A stretch of DNA of 64,000 nt from Octopus sinensis (taxonomy: Eukaryota): positions 29,512,001 through 29,576,000 of the forward strand of contig NC_043006.1 of assembly GCF_006345805.1 (NCBI RefSeq). Reading direction: 5' to 3'. Positions within the stretch are counted from its first letter, which is position 1, and every line of letters starts with the position of its first letter. The notes beneath the pieces were generated by a model that ran no database searches, was not told where the DNA came from, and saw nothing but the letters and a program-made list of their open reading frames with translations. This document shows, one piece after another, positions 51,713 through 63,930 of the stretch. Made by a program: the position numbers and the translations under genes.

Positions 51713-53358
51713 ATAAACACAACTGCTATTTCTTTGAATCAAACTTGAAGAAATAGGTAATTAATATAGCAATATTTTGCTGCCACCTCTCAGAGATTCT
51801 ACAACCAAGTCTCAGTTTCTACCTGTAACCATTTCTTGCAATGGTATTGCCTCTAGCAAAACCATGAAAGCCACAAATTCTCATTTTTCATTCTTAAAAC
51901 TCACAAACCTTTATGTCTGTGTATTAAACATGTCAGTATTCAGAGAGTGGTAACCATCAAACAGAACCAGCACTGATACAATAGGGGACAAGGCTAGTTT
52001 TTCCATTACATGTCGAGTCCAGTTGACAGGTTTCCACTTGGATTTTGTTTATCCATTTCATTCATTAATATCTGTGAGACAACTCATTGGGAACAAACTA
52101 GGGACCACATGATTGTAAATGGAACTTCTTTGGCTATATACAAACTCAGACACATACACACACACACGCACACACACACACATGCATAGATATCTACATA
52201 CACCTCCTCACTTGATAAACACTGAATCCCTTCTTAACCCTCAGTGTCTGAATTCCTTCTTGACCCTCACTGTCCAATGCTCTTTACTCGATCCTTCCTT
52301 CCTGATTTACTTGTTCTCATTTTCCCCAAACAAACCAAGATGTTTCAATTTAATGTTAACCACATTAACTACTCTATACTACCTTTGAATCCATTCGAAC
52401 AGCATCTAAAATAGTATTTTTTCCTGGACTAACGAATGTAAAAATAAGTGGAAAAGGACCTACTTCCATCAAGACAGACAGAGGAAAGTAGAGTAATGAG
52501 ACTTTTCCAGAAGTCCAATAAAATGACTTTAGCAAGATTTCTACTCTTAATTTTGTTTTCTAATTAGTACACCACTAACCATCCACACTGTTTTGTTTGT
52601 GGTTATACTATCAACAAACTAGTTGATTATAAACGGTATCATTAGCCAAAGCAGAGTTATTTGTCTGTTTTAAATAAAAATTGATTTTCTTTCTAATGTT
52701 TAAGCAGAAGAAAAATTCCACACGTATACTACAGTAGTAAAGTTTCACAAATAAACTAATTCTAAATTCTTCAATAGAAAATGATTGCACAGATGATGTA
52801 GAAATTGAAAAAGACAATCCATTCGAGTGAAATCAATGAGAAGAGCACACAAGTTGTTTTACTTGTGTGGCACACAGATTTATTTGGACAAATTAAGTAC
52901 AGAAGCTATTTGTTTAATTCTCTCTCTCTTTCTTTTTTTTTTTTTTGACTAAGAAGGATCAAGTCCTACTCACAATGGAGGAGGATTGTATGCCATATTG
53001 ACTAAAATTTAGAAGGTTTTTAAACTTCTTCGCCTAACACTGAGGCAGTGAAGAAAGAAAATATATTCAAATACAAACTCTATATTGTCTTCTTGTCTAT
53101 AGAGAAGAGGTTAAAACTTATGCTAATTTTGTGGTGTAGAGAGAGTGTATATCTCAGCTTGAGAACCACTAACCAAGTTAAGAATACATAAAAAGAGAAT
53201 ACAAATACTAACTTAAAGGGTAGTTAACTACTATGCAGAGTAATGAATATAAAAGTAAGAAATATCAGAAATGCATATTTTCAAAATAAATCAGATCTAA
53301 AACTTTAATTTAGTTAGCCATAAATTCAACAGAAAGAGAGTGGGGTGAGAGGGTAAAG

Positions 53359-53395
<37 letters not shown>

Positions 53396-54238
53396 TATTT
53401 GTTCCCTGCAAATATCTAAAATAGTTCAACTATGATTGTTATTAGTTCCATCTTTCAACAGCACCACATCATTAACATCAAGGTCATAAGCAGAATTTTT
53501 GCTTAGATCTTTCAATGCCACCCCCACCCCCATGCTATGCTGGTTTGGAGTCTATTTGAGGCCATTTGTTTGTGAATTCTGACAGGTCAGACAAGTAAGC
53601 AAGTAGAGAGACTCCAGTGTCAGGTTGTACCATTGTGACCCAGGCACTCCAGCTCTCCCCCCCCCTCCACCAAATCTCTCTACAATAAACTAAGAAGAAA
53701 AGTATAACTCACTTCCTACTGTGCCTGGCAACATAAAGACCAGACCTTAGGATTACTTACATAATGAGATGAAAATACTCAAAATGAAATACATTTAACA
53801 TGCAAAGTGGAGTACAGTCTGTCCATCACAGACAGAATAATATACAAAGAACTAAGATGTCATTCAAAATTATTTGTTGACCAATCACTCAACTTTAATA
53901 ACAGATAGCAAACCACCCTAATCAGGCATTCATCCATCACATTAAGAGATAATTTACAGAGAAATGAATCAATAATGAGTAGAGAAATTTCCATCAGAGT
54001 GGCAAATGAGTACATTTAAGCCAAGAGCAGTGGATGTTTTGAAAAAGAACTCTAAAATTAATTAGCTTTTAAATAATTAAATAGGAATTGGAAGATATCG
54101 CAGCTTATTTGAAAATTTGAGGTATATTATAGTATGATATTAAAATGTGTGTTTATGATTTATCATAAAAAGATGCTACAAATGTAATATGTTAAATTAT
54201 AAATTATCATGGTATTATATATCTGTCTATTAATATGC

Positions 54239-54278
<40 letters not shown>

Positions 54279-54282
<4 letters not shown>

Positions 54283-54450
54283 AGAGTTTACGAAAAAAAC
54301 AAAAGACGAAGACAGGTGGTGTACAAAACAAACAGATGTATTAGTATAACACTCAAGAATAGAAAAAGTCTTTTATGTTTCGAGCCTACGCTCTTCTACA
54401 GAAAGGGACACAGAAAAAACAAGGAAAGAAAAAAAATGTGTGTAGTAACT
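54279..54450 (-). mobile_element. ~180-bp dispersed repeat with hammerhead-like motif, copy 2
   Basis: Minus strand cttt-ctgtagaa-gagcgtaggctc-gaaa-cata-aaag; begins at a (TA)n tract; homolog of 48212-48390. Confidence 0.75.
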
Positions 54451-54483
54451 AGGTTATTAGGATTCATTAGAATCTTGACACAT

Positions 54484-54876
54484 AAACACACAGGACACCA
54501 AAAATGGCTAGGTACGATAACATAAGGCTCACAGTGAGGTAAACAACATCAAAGACATCAAATACTGGTAGGATACTATAGATATGCAAGTATCAAATCC
54601 AATTGAAACCAGAGATTCCAACTCTGGCATAGGTACAGTGTGGCATAGGTATAAAAAGTAAGTATATGACAGCTGTTTTGGTAGAATTTTATTAATGCAT
54701 TCATAGAAGAGTACATCATATAATCTACCAGCCTGGGCTAATGTTAGAAATCTCACCTGTTTGAAATTTTACCTGATGATGGTGGATTATATCTTATGAT
54801 ATAATCTTTGATGAATGCATTAATAAAATTCTAGCAAAATAGCAATCATAAATTTCAAATAATGTCCTGTGTGTTT
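54484..54876. repeat. Asymmetric fold-back element H4 containing a hammerhead-like motif
   Basis: Outer arms 54484-54497 / 54863-54876 (aaacacacaggaca); inner arms include tagaattttattaatgcattcat / atgaatgcattaataaaattcta. Ends at (TA)n. Confidence 0.8.
54765..54830 (+). ncRNA. Degenerate type I hammerhead-ribozyme-like motif
   Basis: Stem I aatttta (54765-54771) / taaaatt (54824-54830); CTGATGA at 54773-54779; stem II ggattatatc/gatataatct with a ttat loop; then GAA plus palindromic TGCA and TTA. One A of the GAAA box is missing. Confidence 0.5.
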
Positions 54877-55194
54877 GCTTTATATATATATATATATATA
54901 TTTGCTGTAAGTCTACTAATATGCAGTCTCTCTAACAAACAACTGGTTTCATGATTAATTCTATTGGATGACTGGCTACAAGAGTTCTAATCCCTTGTCT
55001 GAAATATTATGTGTTTGTATCACATCACTCAGTGCTAGGCTAAGAGAGAAAGTGAGGCTAACATAATAATTGAAGAGAAACAGATGAATTTAGTGGCTTA
55101 CAACGTTTTTTAATATTTGTTTTTCTTGTATTTACCTGACTGAAAAATATAGATAAAACAACACAATCTAACATAAGTGACTTTGTGCTGTTAT

Positions 55195-55690
55195 CTATCA
55201 TCTGGTTCCTCCAGCGTCAATGCAACTGGCCTCTATGCTCTTCCAATTTTCTCTATCTCTAGTTAGAGTAAGAGCTTGAAACCAGTTTGTGCCACAGTTG
55301 CACAAGTCATCTTTAAGGAAGGAGCTCAAGGTTTTCTTTGGCTACCATTTGGTCTCTTCCCACCAACTGGTAACCATGTGATTGTAGTTTTTGCTACAAT
55401 ATTGTTCCCCATTTGTAGGACTCTGCCAGTTGCGTTCTTCTGCCCTTAATGACATGACTCAGGTGTGTGACATTGGTTCTCCTCATCTGTTATCTTGTCT
55501 TGCTATCTAATGCCCAGGATTTTCTGGAGACATCTTTGTTCAAAGATATCAGTCTGTTTTTCAATTCTGGCAGTAATCTTCCATGTGTCAGCATCATAGG
55601 TGGTTGACCAGATTAACTTTTATTTGGTTTGTGATGTAAGCCTCTTTGATTGCCATATTGATTGGAGTTTGTTGAATATTCCAGCACACA
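55195..55690 (-). mobile_element. Old RTE-like LINE 3' fragment
   Basis: Minus strand YDADTWKITARIEKQTDIFEQRCLQKILGIR…WLPVGGKRPNG. Confidence 0.65.
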
Positions 55691-56116
55691 AAGTCTCAAT
55701 CAATAGGGAATAGACAGAAGTTCAATGCTTCACATGTCTTGGTAGCATTCAGTTAGCAGATGGCAATGTTGAACTCACTTTGTGCTGAGGTAGCATTAAA
55801 CACTGCATTGATGCAAGTGAGTGAGCCATTCATCAATTTTATAAAGTATCTCTTCTTTACATTGGTGAATGAAACCATCTTGAGTACAAATAGTTTTATA
55901 AACTTATTCCCAGTCACATTATAGCACTGTTGACAAGATATGAACCATCATCTCTTGGTTTGTCATCTGGGTAAATACTAACCCATCTTTACCCTTGATG
56001 CTAGGATTGTGGTGAAAGCAAAGATGGCTCAGGTAATTAGGGTATACAAGAATAGAATAGAATCCAAACAACATTTCAGTTTATTTCGATAGATAAGCAA
56101 TATGTTTACTACTTAC

Positions 56117-56232
56117 ATTCAGCCGAAGTGTAACTTCCTCCTCAACTGAAACATATGTGGGATTTTCAATCCATACTTCATGACTATTTCTTTCACTGAC
56201 ATGAAAGTCTCGCCTTAGTTTTGTGGTATTCA
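56117..56232 (-). CDS. Internal exon B (116 nt, phase 1/0) of the PKD-repeat gene
   Basis: Acceptor ggtttctttttcag| and donor AAT|gtaagt. Joins exon A in frame (G+TG=V): VNTTKLRRDFHVSERNSHEVWIENPTYVSVEEEVTLRLN, the end of one PKD-like repeat and start of the next. Confidence 0.82.
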
Positions 56233-56362
56233 CTGAAAAAGAAACCAATGAAGATGACATCAACAAGGATAACAGTCTGTAAAACAGAATAAAATTATTT
56301 AAGGATTTGATCTGCAATTAAAGTTTTGGGACATCTCTATGTTTAAGATGTTAACCACTGTA

Positions 56363-56570
56363 AGGCAATCAGCAGGAAGAATCATCATCACACGGGATGA
56401 AATGCTTAACGACATTTCTTCTGACTTTACATACTGAGTTCAAATGCCACCAGGGTCAACTTTGCCTTTCATGCTTTTGGGGTCAATAAGTACCAGTCAA
56501 GTACTGGAGTCCATGTAATCAACTTAGTCCCTCCCCCAAAATTGCTGGCCTTGTGCCAAAATTTGAAAGC
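56363..56570 (+). mobile_element. SINE family 2 (Deu/Nin-like), near full length
   Basis: gagttcaaatgcc (B box), gtcaactttgcctttcatgcttttggggtc…taagtaccag, tail aaattgctggccttgtgccaaaatttgaaa. Confidence 0.8.
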
Positions 56571-57197
56571 AATATCTTATCAACCATGTTGGTCTCAATT
56601 CTTTCTTTGCAGATACTTACAGCATCAAGCTATTACCTAGATAACCCTGCTTTATCTCTGTAGTTGCACAACCTATTCAAATAAGCCAGCTTCCTTCAGC
56701 TACCAACATATGTTCGAGCAGATTTAGTCAAGGTTACTCAACAACAAAAGCTTTCACAGGATTTGAAATATCAGGGGTTTTTATTTTGTGACTCATTAAT
56801 AATTAACCTATAATCTATCTCAGCAACATCAAAAAATACAAAACCAAAAGACATTTGCTACAATTAAGAACTGGTTTTCCTTTCATGGCTTCTGAAATTT
56901 AAAATTTTCAGTTCAGATTACATACTAATGTTGTTCCACTCTTTTGTAACTATAGAGATATTTCATTGAATACATAAGCATACACAGTATTGTAGTTTAT
57001 AAAAATCATAGGCATTGGTTTATAAGCATATCATCACTATACTGATTCCATCATCACCGTTTACACTAAATAGAAGAAGGATTTCTATGAAATAACTGAT
57101 ATCTTTCTGAGCATCTTAGACTTGAATATTTACAAAATATCAAGTGAACAGTGATGTGATATGGTATAGGTGAGCAGATAGAAGAAAACAATTAGAA

Positions 57198-57560
57198 AAC
57201 AGTAGCTGAGAGAGTAGTGCCAAGCAGCTCATTTTAAGACAGATACATGAGTAAAATTACTAATAGAGAAATGAAAATAAACTTTGGAAACAGCATCGCC
57301 ACCATAGGTTACATGGAAATGGTGAACGTGTTTTCAAGGGAGATAATCAAAGAACATAACATTGTAACACTTCATGTAAAGTAAAAATAACAAATGAAAA
57401 ATCCTTCAAGAATCCATAAAAATTTCATCTCTTCCTTGTGTCATTACCAACTTTCCTGCAAGTTTCATCAAATACCATTCACAACTTTTTGAGTTATTTT
57501 GCACACAGACGGACAAACCAATGCCGATGAAAACATAACGTCCTTCCTTGGCAGAGGTAA
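57198..57560 (-). mobile_element. Degraded Helentron-type non-autonomous element (HINE/DINE-like)
   Basis: Minus strand starts TTACCTCTGCCAAGGAAGGACGTTATGTTTTC, then tgtccgtctgtgtgcaaaataactcaaaaag. This resembles a widespread element end known to me from recall; the other end is weak. Confidence 0.45.
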
Positions 57561-57589
57561 GAATGGGATTTAAATTTATAACTCTTTAT

Positions 57590-57900
57590 TCATCATCATC
57601 ATCATCATCATCTAATGTCCATTTTCTATGGCATGGGTCGAGCAGTTTGACAGGAGCTGGCAAGTGAAAAGATTGTGCTAAGCTCTACCGTCTGCTTTGC
57701 TAACCACTTTACTGGGTTGTACTGGGCATTTTTTGCAAGGCACCAGCACTAATGAGATGACCAAGCAACTTGCAAGGGAGCTGCAATACTGAATGAGGTG
57801 GCTTTATGTCAGGGGATTAGGAGTTAGAGTATGATAAAAGGGTGGAAACAGGTGTCTTTTTGTCATGCAGGTAGATGATTACCCCATTTGGAAAAGAAAG
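57590..57900 (-). mobile_element. RTE-tail-containing repeat, degraded
   Basis: (CAT)n then atgtccattttctatggcatgggtc…ctaaccactttac; similar to 2850-3100 and 8740-8950. Confidence 0.6.
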
Positions 57901-59357
57901 AGTTTGGTGGTGAAGCAGTGTCAATGAATAGGCTCGGCTTACAGGAGGATGAATATGAAATGGGTAAGTTGGTGGTGGTGTGACAGATAGATAGAGATGA
58001 GGAAAGGGGGAAATGCAGTAAGTGGGGGCATGGTCAATCATGGAAGGGAAGGTGGAGAGAAGAATAGGTGTGAGTTAAAGAGGTAAAAGGTAACAGCAAA
58101 GTTGATGTGAATTGTGTGTGTGTGTAAAGAGAGAGAGAGAGATACAGTGCCAGAGATGAAATAAGAGATACATAAGGGTGGAAATGATGTGAGACAAACA
58201 GACGTAATGATGGTGGGGAAGGGGTGTTGTTGGGAAAAGAGAGGCTGTACAGGAAGCAATGATACCACAAGATAAAGGGAAGTGTTTCCAGGGTGGGTAA
58301 GCAGTAAGGAATGAAATATGTAGAGTTTTGCTCTCATAACTACAATATCTGAGAGAGTAGTGCCTTAGTTAGAAGAGTGATGGAAGGATGGGTATTAGGA
58401 AGATGAACTATGAGATGGATGGGTGTTACAATAGTGGTTTGGTGAGGTCTGCAGGGGCATAAATATAAACAACATGCAATGGTGTTTATAGTTTAATATT
58501 TTTGGCACTTTTATCAACATTAATAGTGAACTAAGAATAAAACAATTAGATGGACAAAAAGAAAAAAAATAGAACTCCATTTGACAATTACTATGTCATT
58601 TAGAATACAATCAGTGTTTTGTAAAGAATTCATGAGCCAAACATCTTAGCAAGAGAATCAAAATTGAAGACCTTGTTCTTAGAATGAACTTATTTCTATG
58701 ATTCTTGGGATTTGTGGAGAGAGGATGGTTCTGATAGTAATAATTATGATGGAGATGTTATACCTGATTATGATGATGATGATGATGATGATGACGATGT
58801 TGAATCCTATCAAATATTGCCGTTAAATGGTTCAATGCATTTTTAAATTGCTGCCCCTCATATTTTAACACATTTCAATATTTTATTTTGAAATGATTAA
58901 CTATGAATTATTGGTTAAAGGGTATAATTATTGGGTATAAAAAAAAGCGAAAAAAACAGCCAAGATCTAGTTCCAACCATTGGCTAAAATGTAAGGCAGC
59001 AACAACAACAACAATAACAACCACTCAAATTACCAACGATTATGTGTTAATACAGTGACTCCATTCAAATTATTGATTTTTGTTTTTGAAATTAACTTTT
59101 GAGAGCTGCTACTGCTGCTGCCATTCATGATGGTGGTGGTGGTGGTGGCATTGTAAAGTTGATGGTGCTGACCATTATTTCATTTCAACATGTCCCATTA
59201 ACCGTTCATCAACTTAGCACTGAGTGGCAACTCATTGGTTCGAACTAAGCTAGTTACCAGAGAAAAGTGGTAACAACTGAGCAAAGAAGCTACATAATGA
59301 GAAGGAAGTCGCATTTTGATGGAAGTGTCGAGAAAAAAGCTGAATGCAACAAACATA

Positions 59358-59412
59358 ATGGTGGTGCTCCAGCATGGCCACGGCCTTTGTGCTGGAACAC
59401 AAAGAAATAAGG
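59358..59412 (+). mobile_element. Isolated CR1-like/SINE-1 3' tail
   Basis: ggtggtgctccagcatggccacggcc…ctggaacac. Confidence 0.6.
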
Positions 59413-60037
59413 AACACTACAAAAAATATTGTACAAATACAAGAACTTCCTACAACACCACAAAAAAGATATATAAACAAAAAATATCAAAATAATGTAC
59501 AAATATATTTAGAGCAGTAACAGCCCCACATTTGGTCAACACAAGAAACAGCTGAGCCAATGAGAAAGCATCCATGGGGTTGGCTGACCTGATGAAAATA
59601 GCAGCCTAATGTCTCTCAAAACATACACACACGTCTCCCATTTTAAGAAATGGACACAGGGGACAATAAAGTCCTTGATATATAAAAAGAGGTGAATGTC
59701 TTGACAGGACTGTCTGAGATATATTTGACCAAGCTAATCTAGAACTAAAACATAAAAAACACTAATCTATTGACAATGTATTAGAAATAAAAAAGATTAT
59801 GAAAGTCTTGCCTGGGACTTTAATCTCTCCCCTACAAACCATTACAATAAACACAAAACAATGCATTTCACATTAATAGGGGCTGCACACTTACACAATA
59901 ATCTAAAACCATTTTTAAAGAACTTCCAGGCTATGCAAGGGTCATAGTTTAATTTTTACAACAAGCTGCAATCCACATAGGCTCTGCTGCTACATTCTTA
60001 AAAATTAGTCAAATATCTACAGCAGAACTGCAATACT

Positions 60038-60247
60038 GGTTTCTAATTTTGGCACAAAGCCAGAAATTTCAGGGGAGTTAAACTGATTATATTGACCCCA
60101 GTTCTCAACTGGTACTTATTTTATCGACTCCCTGAAGGATGAAAGGCAAGGTCAACCCCAGCAGCATCTGAACTCAGAACCTAAAGGCAGGTGAAACGTC
60201 ACTAAGCGTTTTGCCTGGCACAGTCACAATTCTGGCAGCTCACTCTT
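60038..60247 (-). mobile_element. SINE family 2 (Deu/Nin-like), full length
   Basis: Reverse complement of 56363-56570, with tRNA-like head (gagctgccagaatt…gagttcagat) and central gcctttcatccttc…gtcgataaaataagtacc. Confidence 0.85.
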
Positions 60248-60637
60248 CTAAACTAAAATATTAAAATCCTGTCCTTATTCAGTGAAGACAGCCACAAAAG
60301 CCGTGGCGTCAATGACTTCATTTTGATCCAAAAACTGTAATAGGATAAACACAGCTAAAGTTAAGGGCAAAAAACTGCTTGAGCTAATGAAAGAATCTCT
60401 ATGTAACTGAGTCAGAAATGTCAGCCAAATTTCCCTCGGATTGTAGCCCACTGCCATAAAAAAGAAACATATTGGATATGTTGGAATAAAAGATTAGACA
60501 ATCACAGCTGGAACACATATGGTCATAAACATGAGGTTGAAATGCAGTGAAGCTTTCAGCATCCACCTGAGTGAAGATTTTGTTTCCATCGTAAACAGTT
60601 CACAGAGGAAGTAGTATTCATCATGTAAGTATGATCT

Positions 60638-60703
<66 letters not shown>

Positions 60704-61770
60704 GTATATATCTGTATGTCTATAGAAATTGCTATCACTTCACTGCTGTTATCATCATCACCACAGTCATGGTGATTTGTAATGACTTAATACATAAGTA
60801 AATTGGATTCAGGATCGAAAGGTCTTGGTTGTGTTTTCTAGAAATGTTGTATAGAGCTGTGATTTAGGCAGATCAATGAATAAAGCTGCATTAATCATCA
60901 AATAGAAAAGAGAGAGGGTAAGAGGGAAAGAATAAAGAAAAGGAGCAAAGCAACAACCAAACAAGATGACACAGATTTGGATGCAGCCCCATTAAATACA
61001 AAAAAGAAAAAATCAAGATTGTCTGCATTAACAATAAAAAACAAACAAAGGAATTCTTAGAATCTGAAAATAACTTTGTGAATAATGTCAAGAGGGAGGA
61101 GTTCTGATATTTCAGGCAGGGATCTTGATTTTATGAACAGATTGAGAGGAATCATCTTTCATAAGAAGAATTATCTTTGAAACTTGTTTAGAATTTCAAC
61201 ATAGTAAATCACTATTTTCTATTGTAAAGTCCACAAAGACTGCCAAATAATACTTCAAGGAAAGCTTCTCCTAAGAGTAGTCAAAACTCAATCTAATTCT
61301 GGGTTGTAGCCACTTCACTGATGGTACTATGGTTTTGAGAAGAAAATTTTATGCAATATCTTGAAAGTTATGGTATATCTTATATTGAAGGCAGAATTTC
61401 TTGTAGTGAAGAGCAAAGTGTTTACATTGATTTCATTGTTTTGACTCTAAGCCAGTTTCTGTAGAAATGGAATATACCTGACTGAATTTACCCCAGTATT
61501 TTAACAGATAAATATTTCACTTACCTTTCTCCTTTTGTAAGGTGAGAAACATGAAATAAAGAACTTTAAAATATTTTTCAAGGTAAATTCATTCTCTTTG
61601 TCTTGGATAAAAGTCAATGAGCTAATGACTAAAATCTAAGTGCTTAAGGCTTCATTACTTCAGGCATTTCACCATCTTTCAATAGCAGTTTCAGATAAAA
61701 GAATGTTATACCGCAATTCAAAGGCTGCTGGGTCACCATCAAAGATTTTGTCTTTTTGTACTGTATAAAA

Positions 61771-61988
61771 GTCAAGTCAATTTGGCAGTATTCATCGTTA
61801 TCAAATCAACTTGACCACATCCATCTGTCAAATCAGCTTGTCAGCATCCATCCTAGTCAAAAAGTTTGTCAGTGTCCATCTCTGTCAAATCAGCTTGTCA
61901 GTGTAAATACCAGTCAAATTAGTTTGGCAATGTCCATCTCTGTCAAATTAGCTTGGAACTGTCCACCTCTATCAAATCAGCTTTTCAG
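61771..61988. repeat. ~29-bp degenerate minisatellite, about 8 copies
   Basis: (G/A)TCAA recurs at 61771, 61800, 61827, 61856, 61884, 61913, 61942 and 61971; unit ~GTCAAATCAGCTTGTCAGTGTCCATCTCT. Confidence 0.85.
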
Positions 61989-63546
61989 GAATTTAACCAG
62001 AGGTGGAAGTATGAAGATAAGTAAAGTAAAATTGTTTAACAGAAAAGTGAATATATATCACAAGCTTCATGTGCCTGGAATGCTACTCCTTATTTTTTCA
62101 GAAAACTAATATGCAAAAGCGGGTCCGATATTGTAAGAAGCTAAAACCGACAAAGTCTCTGTCACTGCATGTTTAATAGGAGCAAACTTAGCCTTGGAGT
62201 TAAGGAGATTACTTTGCAACTATATGATTCTGGCTTTGGCCCAACAGCACAGCATCTGGAGCAGGTGCCATCTACTTTACTGTAACTGGAATTTGGTAGA
62301 CAGAACCTTGTTGGGTGTGTGTGGTGTACACCAATATTCTGGGTTGCATCTCTTTATGTCAAAAACTAACTTAGACATTCAGTAAATAGAGAGCAATATA
62401 ATATGGATCAAAATGAAATAACTACTCGTGTTGATATGACTGATAAATAACTTTGGCGTTGTTACCCTTGAATGGCTGCAGTCCAATGACTACAGCCTAT
62501 AAAAGAGGTAAAACAAAGAATAGGAATGCAAATGTCTATACTAACTGGCTGCTAGTAAATAATAATATGTTGACATTAATGCCTTTCACAAAGGAATTGG
62601 CAGCATAAATACAGACAAGTACAACAGATTAAAAAAAAAGTATTAAAATTGCATCATGGCCCAATATTTTACCCTATAATCAGTTTATTAATAAATTAAT
62701 GGAAGGTGACAGAAATGGTAAATTGACTAATTTGGTATATTTCTGAATTTAACTTCATGTTTAAAGGCTCATCCTAGAAGAGTCAAATTTTATATTTCAT
62801 TTCACCAAGCTCAGTTTAATAAATACCAACTGCTATTGTTCAACATATACTAAAACATTTTTCATCATACGTCTATCCTTATGATCAAGCATCTTCTAAC
62901 CATAACACTTCTGTCATTTTTGTATATCAACAGCTACAATTATCTAACGCAATAAGAGTGTGTGATTTGGGGGGTGTCTTAATTTCTATTTCTAGCATAT
63001 CAAACAACTGCATTTGAGACCCCCTCGTTAGTTTATATGAACATCAGTAATGTAAATGTACCAAGGTTGATTCAATGAAATATCAAATACGTCCCAATGT
63101 AAGAAATCAATGTAAATTTGTACAGGTTATATTCATACAACAAAAACGATGTCGTCATTTATACATAGAGCCAGCCATTCATTATTGGCAATGTTCTATC
63201 AATAAATATAGCTATGTTACCAGATGAAAACCAGTTCGTTGTAGTAGCTGTAGAATTGGTCATATTGATAAACAATATAAGTCAAAACAATTGATAAAAT
63301 ATATTGCCTCTTGTTTCCCACCAGTGAAAAACCTGCTGCATTTGAGTTCTGACAAGAAATGAATAAATTTCCATGTTTTGCTCTAATGTTCTGCTTGCAA
63401 TAAATCAATAATATCTTTTGCTCCTATACTCCCTTCATTTATTTATATTTGTTGTGTGTGTGTGTATGTGTGCTAATTTATTTATTAACTGTCAGAACGT
63501 TAATGCCGGCTAGACACTGTGTGATTAGAGCACATCAAAAACTCAC

Positions 63547-63687
63547 CCTTGTTATACGCCGTCACATCAACATGGAACCGTCCAGGTGTAGAGAAATCTA
63601 AAGAGATAAGTGGCCAGGCTGTTTTCAAAGACACATTATTAGAGAAGTCCCACTGGTAGATTAGGTGAGGAAGTTTCTTGAATACAT
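63547..63687 (-). CDS. Internal exon A (141 nt, phase 1/1) of a PKD-repeat protein (polycystin-1/REJ-like)
   Basis: Acceptor ttttgtctcttgttttag| and donor AAGG|gtgagt. Translates VFKKLPHLIYQWDFSNNVSLKTAWPLISLDFSTPGRFHVDVTAYNK, matching the PKD pattern Y-x-W-D-F...P-G-x-F/Y-x-V-x-V-x-A-x-N. Confidence 0.85.
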
Positions 63688-63834
63688 CTAAAACAAGAGA
63701 CAAAAACAACAATGTATGAGAATAATAATAACAACAACAACAATAACAACAATAATGATGGCATATACTGATAGGAGAGTAGGAGAGTAGGGGATTCAGT
63801 GAGACCATTGCTTCTGCTACTTTAAGTAACAACT

Positions 63835-63930
63835 GTTTCTAATTTAGTGACAAAGCCCACCAATTTTGAGGGGATGGGGTCAGTTGAGTACACAACACCA
63901 ATTCTTTATTTTGCCATAGGCTCAAAAGAG
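63835..63930 (-). mobile_element. SINE family 2 tail fragment
   Basis: tttctaatttagtgacaaagcccaccaattttgagggg. Confidence 0.5.

Noticed and set aside
51458-51756. Poly-S/Y/T/V ORFs
   Set aside because: They are translations of the (CTA)n/(CTG)n microsatellite.
61525-61760. Strong minus-strand donor AAG|gtaagt at ~61524 and nearby short open frames
   Set aside because: The peptides are not PKD-like and a phase 1/0 exon here would break the frame between exons A and B, which already join cleanly.
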